DNA of 64,000 nt from NCBI GenBank assembly GCA_024648695.1, contig JACAVV010000009.1, forward strand, positions 40,843-104,842. The letters are read 5' to 3'. The DNA is from Nitrospina sp. Its GTDB lineage: Bacteria > Nitrospinota > Nitrospinia > Nitrospinales > JACRGP01. How positions within the stretch are numbered: the stretch's first letter is position 1; each line of letters opens with the position of its first letter. Shown piece after piece: positions 17,447-27,484 of the stretch. The position numbers and the translations under genes are program-made. The notes beneath the pieces were generated by a model that was not told the origin of the DNA, did no database searches, and saw only the letters and a program-made list of their open reading frames with translations.

Positions 17447-18211
17447 TCAGTTAAAACTTGCCATTAAAACTTGTTGAAGCAATGGAAAACTTTCCTGGGT
17501 CAGCATTTGCACCACAAAAATTATGGGAAAGCCAATTACGGTCCAGATGATTCCTGTATGCGCAAAATGGTCCAGCAAAAAAACTCCCAGAATCATGAGT
17601 CCACCAAACCGGTCAAAGGAACTCAACTTGTGCGCTATTTCCTGCGGCACCATGCCCTTCAATACACTGGATCCATCCAGGGGATACACTGGAAGCATAT
17701 TGAAAATAAACAAGGCAACATTTATATAAACCCCAAAACACAAAATAGGGAACAGAATCGGATGGTCAATAGGCGAAAAAAGCCTGATAAAAAAACTGCA
17801 TAGGAACGCCAGAACCACATTTGAAATGGGCCCTGCCATAGACACGTACATCATGTCTTTGCGTGGATTCTCAAAATTTCTCCAATCCACAGGAACCGGT
17901 TTGGCCCAACCAAAACCCAAAAAATAAAAGAACAACACCCCCATCAAATCCAGATGTTTCAGGGGATTAAAGGTCAAGCGCCCCAGACGTTTGGCAGTAT
18001 CGTCTCCCAAAACCAGGGCCATTCGGCCATGAGAATATTCGTGAACGGTCAGGGAAAACAATATGACCGGGGTCATTAAAACTAATAACTGGGATTTATT
18101 CAACAAAAACCTCTGGATTCGATTTATTTGCTGTTGGGAAGTCTTGTGGGAAGAATGGATTCCGAGGCAACATTCTATCCTAATTCTAAGGACTGTCCTG
18201 ATCCCTGTCAA
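17447..18211 (-). CDS. Site-2 protease family (peptidase M50) membrane metalloprotease
   Basis: HEYSHG zinc motif (HExxH), GRLTFNPLKHLD, WAKPVPV, PVYPLDGS. The start codon is uncertain; the N-terminal roughly 40 codons may not be translated. Confidence 0.85.
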   Translation of the reverse strand: MTGIRTVLRIRIECCLGIHSSHKTSQQQINRIQRFLLNKSQLLVLMTPVILFSLTVHEYSHGRMALVLGDDTAKRLGRLTFNPLKHLDLMGVLFFYFLGFGWAKPVPVDWRNFENPRKDMMYVSMAGPISNVVLAFLCSFFIRLFSPIDHPILFPILCFGVYINVALFIFNMLPVYPLDGSSVLKGMVPQEIAHKLSSFDRFGGLMILGVFLLDHFAHTGIIWTVIGFPIIFVVQMLTQESFPLLQQVLMASFN

Positions 18212-18245
18212 TTAATATCCGGGACCTAATGAAGAATTTAGCAGT

Positions 18246-19013
18246 TCATTTCTGTCTGGACGAATCCAATGCGGGATCACGGGTTTTGATATATTTAAGG
18301 TGAGTGTAATAAAAACTTGCCCCTGCCAGAAAAAGACCCAGCCAGCCTTCCCGAAACCCCTGTTTAAAAATGTAGGATTTTAAAAAGGCAAAACCAGGAC
18401 GAAAGGTCCAGTCCCACCACCTTGCCTCCATTCCTTTATTGAGGCACTCTCTGGCAAATAATGTGGAATAGTGGTTCTGCCTCTTTACATAATCATCGGT
18501 TCCCTGATAGGAGTAATGCAGGATCGGATTATGAAATAACCCCGAGACTGCATCTGGAACAAGTTTTTCATGCACGGCAACCTCGGAAAAACTCACAAGC
18601 GTTTTGTCATACAAACGGCTGATCCTATCGGGATACCATCCTGCATATTGCACCCAGCGATCACCGAAATAGTTCTTTCGCGGAAAACGGTAACAGGCTT
18701 GGGAAGGATTCTCCGCCAATATCTGCAATATCTCCTTCGAACATTCGGGGGTCACTACTTCATCCGCATCCAAATTGAGAATCCATTGATAGCTGGCTTT
18801 GTCCGCACACAAGTTTTTTTGCTTGCCGTAGCCATTCCAATCTTCAACAAACACCTTGTCCGTAAACTGTCGGCAAATTTCAACTGTGTTGTCAGTACTG
18901 TGACTGTCCATCACAACAATTTCATCCGCCCAATCCAGACTCTCCAGACATCTCCGGATGGATTTTGATTCATTGAAGGTAATAATAGTTACCGAAACCT
19001 GTAATCTCGCCAT
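18246..19013 (-). CDS. Family 2 glycosyltransferase
   Basis: VSVTIITFNESKSIRRCLESL, VVMDSHSTDNT and NLDADE (DxD) are typical GT2 motifs. The ORF is open to 19100, but ATG 19013 (MARLQVSV) fits the family N-terminus. Confidence 0.8.
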   Translation of the reverse strand: MARLQVSVTIITFNESKSIRRCLESLDWADEIVVMDSHSTDNTVEICRQFTDKVFVEDWNGYGKQKNLCADKASYQWILNLDADEVVTPECSKEILQILAENPSQACYRFPRKNYFGDRWVQYAGWYPDRISRLYDKTLVSFSEVAVHEKLVPDAVSGLFHNPILHYSYQGTDDYVKRQNHYSTLFARECLNKGMEARWWDWTFRPGFAFLKSYIFKQGFREGWLGLFLAGASFYYTHLKYIKTRDPALDSSRQK

Positions 19014-19243
19014 ACGGGATTCCTTAAAAATTACCCAATCAGATTGCCAAAATGACAGTATCACGGTTGGGATTGATCCAGCAAAAAACCTGCAAGTCAT
19101 TTAATTTCCGACATTTGCACAAGAATATGGTAATATAAACCGTCAAAAATTAAAAATACTTCATGGTTTTTATTTAAAGTATCAAATATTTAATCTGGAA
19201 CCAGCGCCAAATTCAGTAAGGTCCTTTTTGGCATAATAAAGGT

Positions 19244-20833
19244 ATGTACCAAACAATTTTGGAAAAATTCAGTCAGTTTGCCAAGGCTTTGAATGCCTGG
19301 TTCGATAGCATCTTTTCCTCTGACGGGTTCCTTGGAAGCGGTAATCAATATGACTTTTTCGGGATTGCCATCGATCAAAACATCCTGCTCACCTTTTTAT
19401 TTGGTTCGGTGGGTATTCTGCTTTTTCTATTCCTCAAGGTAACGAGCCTTAAGAAAAAGAGACGCCTGAGGGATGAATTTGAAGAAGCATTAAACGAAGA
19501 TGATTTCGATGCATTTGAAAACTTTGAGTTTGGCAAAGACAATCCGCTGATTATCTATCCGGGGAATAAGGCGTTTCAGGAGTCCGCCCGCCAAAGTGAA
19601 AATTATGACGCCGCATTTGAAGATTCTGAGGACGAAGGTCCTATTCCTCTGTTTCCGGACGAAACCCGCTCCAACAATTCAAAAATTCATACGGCCAAAG
19701 ACAGCACACAAATGGATTCGGCCTCCGAGGAAGTCCAGAGCGAAGATTCGTCCGATAAAGAAAAGTTATCTGTAGATATTCAACAAATTTCTTTTAAACC
19801 TGAAGATACGGACACTATTGAACCTTCCTCAAAAACCGAAGGTGAGGGGGTCGATGTTTCTGTAACAAAGGAAGCACAAGATGAAGATCGTGTTCTGGCG
19901 CAAATAGAAAAAGAGTTCGAGCAAATCGAAAAAGAACTAAATCTGATCAGTTCCCGGGATAAAGCTCTGGGTGAAGAATCCTTTCCTCAATTCGAAGATG
20001 CTCCCTCTGAGGAAATTGAAACTTCGGAAAACATTGAAGAAGATCTCGAAACAGAATTCAAGAAAACCTTGCCCGAGGATATGATTCAAACCGAGATTGA
20101 TGATAACGTCCTGACGGAGAGCCCCTCAAACCCTGCAACAGATGACTCCGATGAAACTGAAGAGTCTCATGATGCGGAAACATCGGATCCCGTCGAAGAT
20201 GAAATTCAGGCTCTTGAATCCGAAATGGAAAATACGATCCATGAAATTTCTCAACACATTTCATCGGGTGACGAGGACCTCTTCTCAATCGAAAACCCAG
20301 AGACTTCAGAAGATTCGATAATTGAGGATAACTCCTTTGCTGGCTTTAAGGAAAATGAAAGTCCGGGACCGGACTCTGAATTGTTTCCTGTCGAAATTCA
20401 CCTTGAAGATTTTGACCTTCCCGAACCGGATCTGGAATTGGATGATATCTTAACGGCAAATGATGAAGATCTTGAGTTGGATGAAATTTTGAATTCAGTT
20501 GATGAGGAACAGGCACCGGAAATCTCATTGGGCAGTGATGTGCTAGAAGAATTCGATGAACCCGAAGCCGTTCCCTTGCACTCGGTTCAGGACAATGGAT
20601 CCACTTCGCACGACCTGGAAGGTATCCTGCGCCACCTGGAGAAATTCCAGAAAGACCTGGATGACCGCTTTGGCCTATTAAAACAGGCGGGTGAAGAATC
20701 AAACCATTCCATCCCCAGTTTGTTTCCCGACAAAAGGCCCAAGAATATTTCACGCCCTATCAGGCGTTATAACTTTTACAAAGTTCTGGAGTCCCTGGTA
20801 TTCACAAAAAATCAAAAAAAGAAAATACCGTGA
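19244..20833 (+). CDS. Single-pass membrane protein with a very long acidic, low-complexity cytoplasmic region
   Basis: One hydrophobic helix (ILLTFLFGSVGILLFLFL) is followed by KKKRRLR, which by the positive-inside rule places the C-terminus in the cytoplasm. About 450 residues follow that are dominated by D/E/S/P, with short reiterated DLELD(D/E)IL units. I recognise no family. Confidence 0.6.
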   Translation: MYQTILEKFSQFAKALNAWFDSIFSSDGFLGSGNQYDFFGIAIDQNILLTFLFGSVGILLFLFLKVTSLKKKRRLRDEFEEALNEDDFDAFENFEFGKDNPLIIYPGNKAFQESARQSENYDAAFEDSEDEGPIPLFPDETRSNNSKIHTAKDSTQMDSASEEVQSEDSSDKEKLSVDIQQISFKPEDTDTIEPSSKTEGEGVDVSVTKEAQDEDRVLAQIEKEFEQIEKELNLISSRDKALGEESFPQFEDAPSEEIETSENIEEDLETEFKKTLPEDMIQTEIDDNVLTESPSNPATDDSDETEESHDAETSDPVEDEIQALESEMENTIHEISQHISSGDEDLFSIENPETSEDSIIEDNSFAGFKENESPGPDSELFPVEIHLEDFDLPEPDLELDDILTANDEDLELDEILNSVDEEQAPEISLGSDVLEEFDEPEAVPLHSVQDNGSTSHDLEGILRHLEKFQKDLDDRFGLLKQAGEESNHSIPSLFPDKRPKNISRPIRRYNFYKVLESLVFTKNQKKKIP

Positions 20834-20874
20834 TCGGTATTCAATACGAATGAACTTTTTAAACGCGTTGATCG

Positions 20875-21852
20875 ATGGCAGAAACAAATAACATAATAGC
20901 GGTGGGAGGTGGTAAAGGCGGTATTGGCAAAAGCGTTCTTTCCACCAATTTGGCTGTCGGATTAGCTTTAAGCGGACAAAAGGTGATTTTGGTCGACACC
21001 GATTTTGGTTCCTCCAACCTCCATGCCCTGCTGGGAATAAGCGATCCTAAATTCGGTTTTCACGAACTGTTTCTCAAGGAAGGGGGCGATGTATCCTCTT
21101 TGCTCCTGGACACCGGCATCAGCAATCTTAAGTTCTTGAGTGGTGCGGGAGACTTGGTTGGAAGCGCAAACATCAGTCGGAAACATATTGAAAAGATTCT
21201 GAAATCAATAAAGGCTCTGAAGGCCGATAACATCATTCTTGACCTCGGTCCGGGAACAGCATTTAATGTGATCGACTATTTCAATATCAGTGACCAGGGT
21301 GTCGTCTTGACCTTGCCTGAGATGCCTTCCTTCATGAACACCTTCAGCTTTCTGAAAGCCGCCCTCTTTCAGAGAATCAGCAAAGAGTTGTCCGAGCGGG
21401 AGGAACTGCAACCTTATCTGGACCTTTCGTATGCCTCCGAAATGCCGGATGAAGTGTATTCCATTCATCACCTGAAACAAAAGTTCGAGGAAATCGCTCC
21501 AGAATGCATTCCCATTGTCGACCAAGCCATTCAAACCTTCAAGCCGGGCTTGGTGGTAAACCGCGTGCGCAAGAAAAAACACCTGGAACTGGGAGACAAC
21601 CTTGTCAAATTAAGTAAGAAGTACCTGGATATTGATCTTCTTTACCACGGTTACATTGTGGAGAGTGACCGGGTACGGGATTCCATCGACAACATGGTTC
21701 CATTCCTGATCGAAGATCCGCAAAGCAACCCTTCCGAAAACCTTCAGAAAATCATAGGATCCATTACCCATTCGGACCTGCATTTCCAGAAAAAAGACGG
21801 AATGATTTTCGTTTCCAAACAAGTGCAACTGTCCCAGGATTGGGGTCATTGA
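20875..21852 (+). CDS. ParA/MinD-family P-loop ATPase
   Basis: Deviant Walker A with signature lysine (AVGGGKGGIGKS), VDTDFGSSNLH, and Walker B-like IILDLGPG. There is a C-terminal extension of about 80 aa beyond the MinD core. Confidence 0.85.
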   Translation: MAETNNIIAVGGGKGGIGKSVLSTNLAVGLALSGQKVILVDTDFGSSNLHALLGISDPKFGFHELFLKEGGDVSSLLLDTGISNLKFLSGAGDLVGSANISRKHIEKILKSIKALKADNIILDLGPGTAFNVIDYFNISDQGVVLTLPEMPSFMNTFSFLKAALFQRISKELSEREELQPYLDLSYASEMPDEVYSIHHLKQKFEEIAPECIPIVDQAIQTFKPGLVVNRVRKKKHLELGDNLVKLSKKYLDIDLLYHGYIVESDRVRDSIDNMVPFLIEDPQSNPSENLQKIIGSITHSDLHFQKKDGMIFVSKQVQLSQDWGH

Positions 21853-21857
21853 TCGAG

Positions 21858-22922
21858 ATGGAACCGGTTTCAAGAAAAAAGCGGGTGCTGTTTTTTTCCA
21901 GCACCAAAATTCCCTTTATCATTAAAGACGAACTGGTTTTACGTAAACATTTCGATGTCGAAGCGTTTCATCTTGCGCCCTATGATTCCAGGTTTACGGC
22001 AATAGCTACCTATATTAAAGTCATCTTGTGGCTTACTAAAAACATTGGTAAGAGCGATATGCTGTGCGTCTGGTTTGCAGACGTGTATGCGTTTATCTTT
22101 TCAATTTTCGCGCGGCTATACCGAAAAAAGCTGTACATTTTCGTCGGCGGATTCGATGGCACCTGGGTTCCTGAATTAAAACATGGCACATACCACAATC
22201 CAAGAAGCCGTTTCTTTTCCAAATTCAGTTACAAGACAGCTACCCGGATTCTGCCCTGCAGTCAATCCCTCGTCGAAAGCCATGACAGCACATTCGGCTT
22301 CAAAGAACGGGTCGAAGGCATTAAACTTCTTTACCCGCAGATAAGGGATGAAAAAATACGCGTCGTTCCCTTCACTTATGAAACCGAATTGTTCAAGCCG
22401 GATCCCAAGATCAGGAAGACGAAGGAAATCATCACGGTAGGCAACATTCTCAATCCCAAAACGTTTCGTTTGAAGGGACTGGACGTTTATGTAAAAACCG
22501 CAAAGCACTGTCCGGAATATCAGTTCCTTATCGTCGGCGGAGACCCGGACAAACTGGAAGACTGGAGCGATATTCCTTCCAACCTGACGGTCATTCCATT
22601 CACTCAGCATGAAGACCTGGTAAAAATTTACCAGCGCTGTAAAATTTTCATGTGCTTGTCTTTAACAGGAGGCATGCCCAACGTCCTCCAGGAAGCAATG
22701 CTCTGCGAATGTGTACCGGTCGGGTATAAAGTCAGTGCCATCGGACAGGTGATCTGCAGTACGGGAGTGCTCCTGAAGGACAACGATTTGAACACCATCA
22801 AAAACGGCCTGCAACGTGCTTTTGAAATGGATGGTGCCAAAGCCCGGCAACGAATTCTGGAAAAATTCCCACTCGAACGCCGCGAACAAGAATTGCTCGA
22901 AATCTTTAACGAATCGGATTGA
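21858..22922 (+). CDS. Family 1 (GT4-like, GT-B fold) glycosyltransferase
   Basis: C-terminal GT1 pattern (FLIVGGDPD..., IFMCLSLTGGMPNVLQEAMLCECVPVG with the E-x7-E region). The ORF is open from a TTG at 21840. ATG 21858 is preferred. Confidence 0.7.
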   Translation: MEPVSRKKRVLFFSSTKIPFIIKDELVLRKHFDVEAFHLAPYDSRFTAIATYIKVILWLTKNIGKSDMLCVWFADVYAFIFSIFARLYRKKLYIFVGGFDGTWVPELKHGTYHNPRSRFFSKFSYKTATRILPCSQSLVESHDSTFGFKERVEGIKLLYPQIRDEKIRVVPFTYETELFKPDPKIRKTKEIITVGNILNPKTFRLKGLDVYVKTAKHCPEYQFLIVGGDPDKLEDWSDIPSNLTVIPFTQHEDLVKIYQRCKIFMCLSLTGGMPNVLQEAMLCECVPVGYKVSAIGQVICSTGVLLKDNDLNTIKNGLQRAFEMDGAKARQRILEKFPLERREQELLEIFNESD

Positions 22923-22936
22923 ACGGATAGCAGACA

Positions 22937-23743
22937 ATGGGATCCCAAAGCCGGTCGGGTTCACTCAAACCGTTGTTGAAAAATTTTCTTAAAGGATGGT
23001 TCACCTGGGTTGGTGGGACTTCCCCACTTTGCAATATTTTAAATCCCAATTATTTGCATAGCCGTTGTTTGAATCGCGAAATACGCACCCTGCCCTCGCT
23101 TTTCCAAAAGTCCGATTCTATCCTGGATGTGGGCTGTGGCATTCAACCTTATCGAACCTTGTTTACAAGGAATCAGATAAGATACATGGGAATGGATTTC
23201 ATTCCGAATTTTCATTCACGCGGTGGAACCGAAGCTCCCAATTTCATGGGAGACGCCCACGCGATTCCATTAAAAAGTGACGCATTCAACGGAATACTTC
23301 TTACCGAAATCCTGGAGCATATTCAGGATCCTAAGAAAGTATTGCAAGAGGCATTTCGTGTGGTGCGATCCGACGGACTGGTCATGGTATCCATTCCTTT
23401 CATGTTTTACGAACATCAGGACCCGGTAGATTACCGCCGCTTCACGCCCCTGGGACTGGAATCTTGCTTAAACCAAACGGGCCAGGAATTCGAAACATTG
23501 AAAGTCAAAAAAATGGGCGGACCCGGAACCGTAATGATGCAAACTCTGCAAAAGCTAACTTACTGGAAACTGCAGTCGAATCCATTAGGCGTTCTATTCC
23601 ATTATTCCATTGGACTCATTCTATTGCCTATTTTCAGTCTTTTGCTAAATCTGGCAGGAATTGCTCTCGATGCAATCTATGGCAGTGAAGTGTCATATTC
23701 AGGGATTTTTATGGTATTTAAAAAACTGAAACAGGCATTCTAA
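22937..23743 (+). CDS. Class I SAM-dependent methyltransferase with C-terminal hydrophobic segment
   Basis: Motif I ILDVGCGIQPY, an acidic loop at MGMDF, motif post-II GILLTEILEHI. A C-terminal TM-like stretch is present (IGLILLPIFSLLLNLAGIAL). Confidence 0.75.
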   Translation: MGSQSRSGSLKPLLKNFLKGWFTWVGGTSPLCNILNPNYLHSRCLNREIRTLPSLFQKSDSILDVGCGIQPYRTLFTRNQIRYMGMDFIPNFHSRGGTEAPNFMGDAHAIPLKSDAFNGILLTEILEHIQDPKKVLQEAFRVVRSDGLVMVSIPFMFYEHQDPVDYRRFTPLGLESCLNQTGQEFETLKVKKMGGPGTVMMQTLQKLTYWKLQSNPLGVLFHYSIGLILLPIFSLLLNLAGIALDAIYGSEVSYSGIFMVFKKLKQAF

Positions 23744-24004
23744 AATTTTTTTCGAACAGGATTAATCCTACCTAAAGATAGTACTCGTTGCTTTCAAAGC
23801 ATCGAAATATTTCAGTAATTGCATAAATATAACTTATAATTTGAGCTCTAAACATCAATGTTCAATTTTTATTTTTGGACTAAATAATACCGCTAATCCT
23901 TAAAAACTCTTTAGTAAGCAACTCCACAAAAGCCTTAATTTTCTTAAGTGTATTTGCTACTCTAGACCCCTGATAAATTTGATTCTTTCGAAAAGGTTGC
24001 CTGA

Positions 24005-25420
24005 ATGAATGACTCTGTAAAAGTTCGTTTTGCCCCCAGTCCAACGGGTTTTTTGCATATTGGCGGTGTGCGTACCGCTTTATTCAATTGGCTCTATGCC
24101 CGCCATCATGGCGGAAAATTCGTGATCCGTATCGAAGACACTGACCTCTCTCGCTCTACGGAGGAATCGATTCAGGAAATTCTAGAATCCATGCGCTGGC
24201 TGGGGCTTGACTGGGATGAAGGGCCGTTTCGTCAAATGGAGCGGCAGGATCGTCATAAGGAAGTGGTCCAGCACCTGCTGGATCAAGACAAGGCATATCC
24301 CTGTTTTTGCACTCCGGAAGAGTTGGAGGAGCGCAAAAAGGAACAACAGAAAAAAGGCGAAAAGCCCAAATACAATGGCAAATGCCGAAACCGTAGCGAC
24401 CGACCAGACGCGCCGCACGTGATTCGTTTTAAGTCGCCTCTCGAAGGAACAGTTCGGGTGCATGACCTGCTTCGCGGCAATGTCGATTTTGATATCGCGG
24501 AGTTGGACGATCTCATCATTCAGCGAACAGACGGAACTCCTACATACAACTTCGTTGTTGTTGTGGACGATGCTGATATGGGGATCACTCAGGTTATTCG
24601 CGGAGACGACCATCTTTCCAATACACCGCGTCAAGCGCTTCTTTACGACAGCCTGGACTACCCCCGCCCGCAATTCGCGCATATTTCTATGATACTGGGA
24701 GAGGACAAGACCCGTCTCAGCAAACGTCATGGGGCCACGTCCACGCTGGCTTACCGGGAAATGGGATACCTGCCCGATGCTTTGATAAACTATCTCGTGC
24801 GTCTCGGTTGGTCACACGGCGATCAGGAAATTTTCAGCCGTGAGGAAATGATAAAGCATTTTGACTTGAGTTCCATCACCACTTCAGCGGCGGTGTTCAA
24901 TCCGGAAAAACTACAGTGGTTGAATGCACAATACATTAAATCGACCCCACCTTTGGAGTTGGCCCAGCACTTTGAACCCATCCTGGTTCAGGAAGGAGTT
25001 TTGAAGGAAAGCCACGGACTTCGCCCTGAGGAAATTGCCAAACCCATTCCCTATCTGGCTGAGAGAAGCAAAACGCTTGTAGAAATGGCGCAGGGTGCGG
25101 AGTTTTATTTTTGCGACGAATTGGTCTTTGATGAAAAAGCCAAGACCAAATTCCTGAAACCGGAAGCCGCCCCGCTTTTGGGAAAGGTGGCCGAAGGTTT
25201 GCAGGCTTTGGCGGACTTTTCATCTGAAGCGATAGAAACGTTTTTAAAGTCCATTGTAGAAGCAGAAGGCATCAAGTTTGGAAAGCTCGCCCAACCCACT
25301 CGAGTGGCTTTAACCGGAAAGACGGTCAGTCCCGGAATTTATGATGTGATCCTTTTACTCGGAAAGGATCGATCCATCCAGCGATTGAGATCGGCTTGCG
25401 AATGGATAGAAACGCTCTAA
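24005..25420 (+). CDS. gltX: Glutamyl-tRNA synthetase
   Basis: RFAPSPTGFLHIGGVRTALFNW (HIGH-type), IEDTD, RLSKRHG (KMSKS equivalent), length 471 aa. Confidence 0.96.
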   Translation: MNDSVKVRFAPSPTGFLHIGGVRTALFNWLYARHHGGKFVIRIEDTDLSRSTEESIQEILESMRWLGLDWDEGPFRQMERQDRHKEVVQHLLDQDKAYPCFCTPEELEERKKEQQKKGEKPKYNGKCRNRSDRPDAPHVIRFKSPLEGTVRVHDLLRGNVDFDIAELDDLIIQRTDGTPTYNFVVVVDDADMGITQVIRGDDHLSNTPRQALLYDSLDYPRPQFAHISMILGEDKTRLSKRHGATSTLAYREMGYLPDALINYLVRLGWSHGDQEIFSREEMIKHFDLSSITTSAAVFNPEKLQWLNAQYIKSTPPLELAQHFEPILVQEGVLKESHGLRPEEIAKPIPYLAERSKTLVEMAQGAEFYFCDELVFDEKAKTKFLKPEAAPLLGKVAEGLQALADFSSEAIETFLKSIVEAEGIKFGKLAQPTRVALTGKTVSPGIYDVILLLGKDRSIQRLRSACEWIETL

Positions 25421-25494
25421 AAAAATGTTCAATTTTGCCGGCCTGCATCGATTTGACAAAAAATGTTTTGTCCGGATTTTTTTAAAAATTTCCC

Positions 25495-27462
25495 ATGGAT
25501 AAAAACAAAAGCAAGCAAGGGATTCGTCTTTGGAGCAAGGCCATATACAGGGATACCGCCTGCATAGTGTTTTCTCCCCGGGACCACTGGACCGCTTTGG
25601 GTTTTGAAAACGGCGAAGTTCAGCTTCTCGATGGAACAGGCAAACAAACCTGGAGTAAAGTCATGAAAGCTCCGGTTGTCGATTTGGGTATTTCAGAGTT
25701 CACTAAAACTTTCACCCTTTTGACTTCCGGGGGCGAACTGGTTTCCCATAACTTTTCGGGATCACCTGCCTTCGATAAAAACATGACAGTCACCAATCAG
25801 GGTATCCAGATCGGTTCGCGGTGGACGAATTTTGAAACCTTGAAAGATGGCTTTCTATTATGGAGTTGGAATTCCATTGTTCTTCAACTCAACACCCTTG
25901 GGAAAAAAGTTCGTGTCATTGGCCTTCCCACACCTTTAAAGGAAGTCAAGTTCATCCCAAAATCGTCGCAGTTTTTTGTCATTCACGACACCATCACGGT
26001 GGCGGTTTATGATTCAATCGGTACTCATTTGTGGGAAACCACCCATCCTTCGCCGATTGAAACTTCGGGGCGATTCGCCTGCGATGTGTCTGCCAGCGAT
26101 TCTGGAAATATGGTGGCAATTGGTGGCTACGAAAAAGGAGTGTTCCTTTATAATCTCCTGGACCGAACCTTAAAAAATATCGAACTGGAAAAACCGGTCG
26201 CCCGTGTGTCTGTCAGCCGTGACGGCAAATTTCTGTTGCTGGCGGATGTGGACGGCGAAATTTTTCTGGTATCGAGAGACGTTGAAATATTGTGGAGGGG
26301 CCGTCTGGATTCCGAAATCGTCGCTTGCCGATTGGACCACAATGGCCATCGAGCTTTAGTCATGGACAAATCGGGCAACCTTGCCTGCTTCGAATTTACG
26401 GAAGATGATGTTGAACGAACCAAATTTCTGGAACTGCAACATCTAGAAGAAACGCAGGAAAAAAGGGCACTCTGGAAAAAACCGCGATTTAAATCTGACC
26501 AGGCTTGTGGAGAAATGTTGCAAGTATCCCACGACGGCAACGCTTTCCTTTATGGAACATTTAAGGATTTTTATGTTTTTGACTCGCAGGGCAACCCGAA
26601 ATTCATGAAAGGGTTTCTCACTCTGATGGATGGCGGCAACTTATCTGACGACGGCAAGTTTGCTTTCATTCACAATCCGGAAGAGGTGTTTATTGTTGAT
26701 GTAGAAAACTCGCAAGAAAACCACCTCACCTTTTACAAGTCTGTTTTACGCGAATTGGCTTTTGATCCGGGAGGAAACGGTTTTTTAACATACGACAAGG
26801 GGAGCAACCTGTCGCTCTATTCCCGAAAAGGGGAATTGCGCTGGAAACGATTTTTAAAATCCAGAATCACCAATATCCAATTGCAGTTTGAGAATCAACA
26901 GGCGGTCTTTCAGGATGACAAAGGGACCTTTTATTTTTTGAACTTCAAGGATTTCAGTTTGAAGAAAATCGCCCTGGAAGAGCCCGTTATTAAAGTGAAG
27001 CCATTCGGAACGGGATTTCTTTTAGGCGGTGCCCAGGGCGGATGTTTCCTTCTGGATGAAAATGGATCGATTGTATGGAAGGAACACTTGAAAACCCGAA
27101 TTATAAATATCTGGCCTTTGCAAGATAAAATGGGTTTTCAATTAAGTGGTGGGAATTTATTCTTGTATGATTCAAAAGGAACCCCGCTGGGACAAGCCAA
27201 ACTTCAGAAATCCAGGTCTATCCTGTGCGACAGCTTTGAGGGGATCATGGAAGTGGTACCAGACGGTACCGCTTTGAAATGTTTTGATGTACTATCAGAG
27301 AATCTGGCATGGAAAATAGACTTTCCAGGCAAAATTCAAGAGGTGGACGTCAGCCGATCCGGAAATCGTATCATTGTCCTTGATGATTCTTATTTCTATT
27401 GCCATTCAGTGGTAGATGCCACCGACCCTCTGGACGAACGTACTTCGTTCCTGGAGTTTTGA
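25495..27462 (+). CDS. Cytoplasmic PQQ/WD40-like beta-propeller repeat protein
   Basis: A strand pattern recurs many times, about every 40 aa: hydrophobic-x-hydrophobic-D-x-x-G-x-x-x-W. Examples are GEVQLLDGTGKQTWSKV, GEIFLVSRDVEILWRGRL, SNLSLYSRKGELRWKRFL, GCFLLDENGSIVWKEHL and TALKCFDVLSENLAWKIDF. No signal peptide is visible. Confidence 0.7.
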   Translation: MDKNKSKQGIRLWSKAIYRDTACIVFSPRDHWTALGFENGEVQLLDGTGKQTWSKVMKAPVVDLGISEFTKTFTLLTSGGELVSHNFSGSPAFDKNMTVTNQGIQIGSRWTNFETLKDGFLLWSWNSIVLQLNTLGKKVRVIGLPTPLKEVKFIPKSSQFFVIHDTITVAVYDSIGTHLWETTHPSPIETSGRFACDVSASDSGNMVAIGGYEKGVFLYNLLDRTLKNIELEKPVARVSVSRDGKFLLLADVDGEIFLVSRDVEILWRGRLDSEIVACRLDHNGHRALVMDKSGNLACFEFTEDDVERTKFLELQHLEETQEKRALWKKPRFKSDQACGEMLQVSHDGNAFLYGTFKDFYVFDSQGNPKFMKGFLTLMDGGNLSDDGKFAFIHNPEEVFIVDVENSQENHLTFYKSVLRELAFDPGGNGFLTYDKGSNLSLYSRKGELRWKRFLKSRITNIQLQFENQQAVFQDDKGTFYFLNFKDFSLKKIALEEPVIKVKPFGTGFLLGGAQGGCFLLDENGSIVWKEHLKTRIINIWPLQDKMGFQLSGGNLFLYDSKGTPLGQAKLQKSRSILCDSFEGIMEVVPDGTALKCFDVLSENLAWKIDFPGKIQEVDVSRSGNRIIVLDDSYFYCHSVVDATDPLDERTSFLEF

Positions 27463-27484
27463 CTATCGGGAAATCATAGAAACC

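Noticed and set aside
23835-23840. Perfect TATAAT hexamer upstream of gltX as a promoter -10 box
   Set aside because: It sits about 165 nt from the ATG, the best -35 candidate (TTCAGT, 18-nt spacer) is poor, and the region is so AT-rich that such hexamers occur by chance. It cannot be supported from sequence alone.
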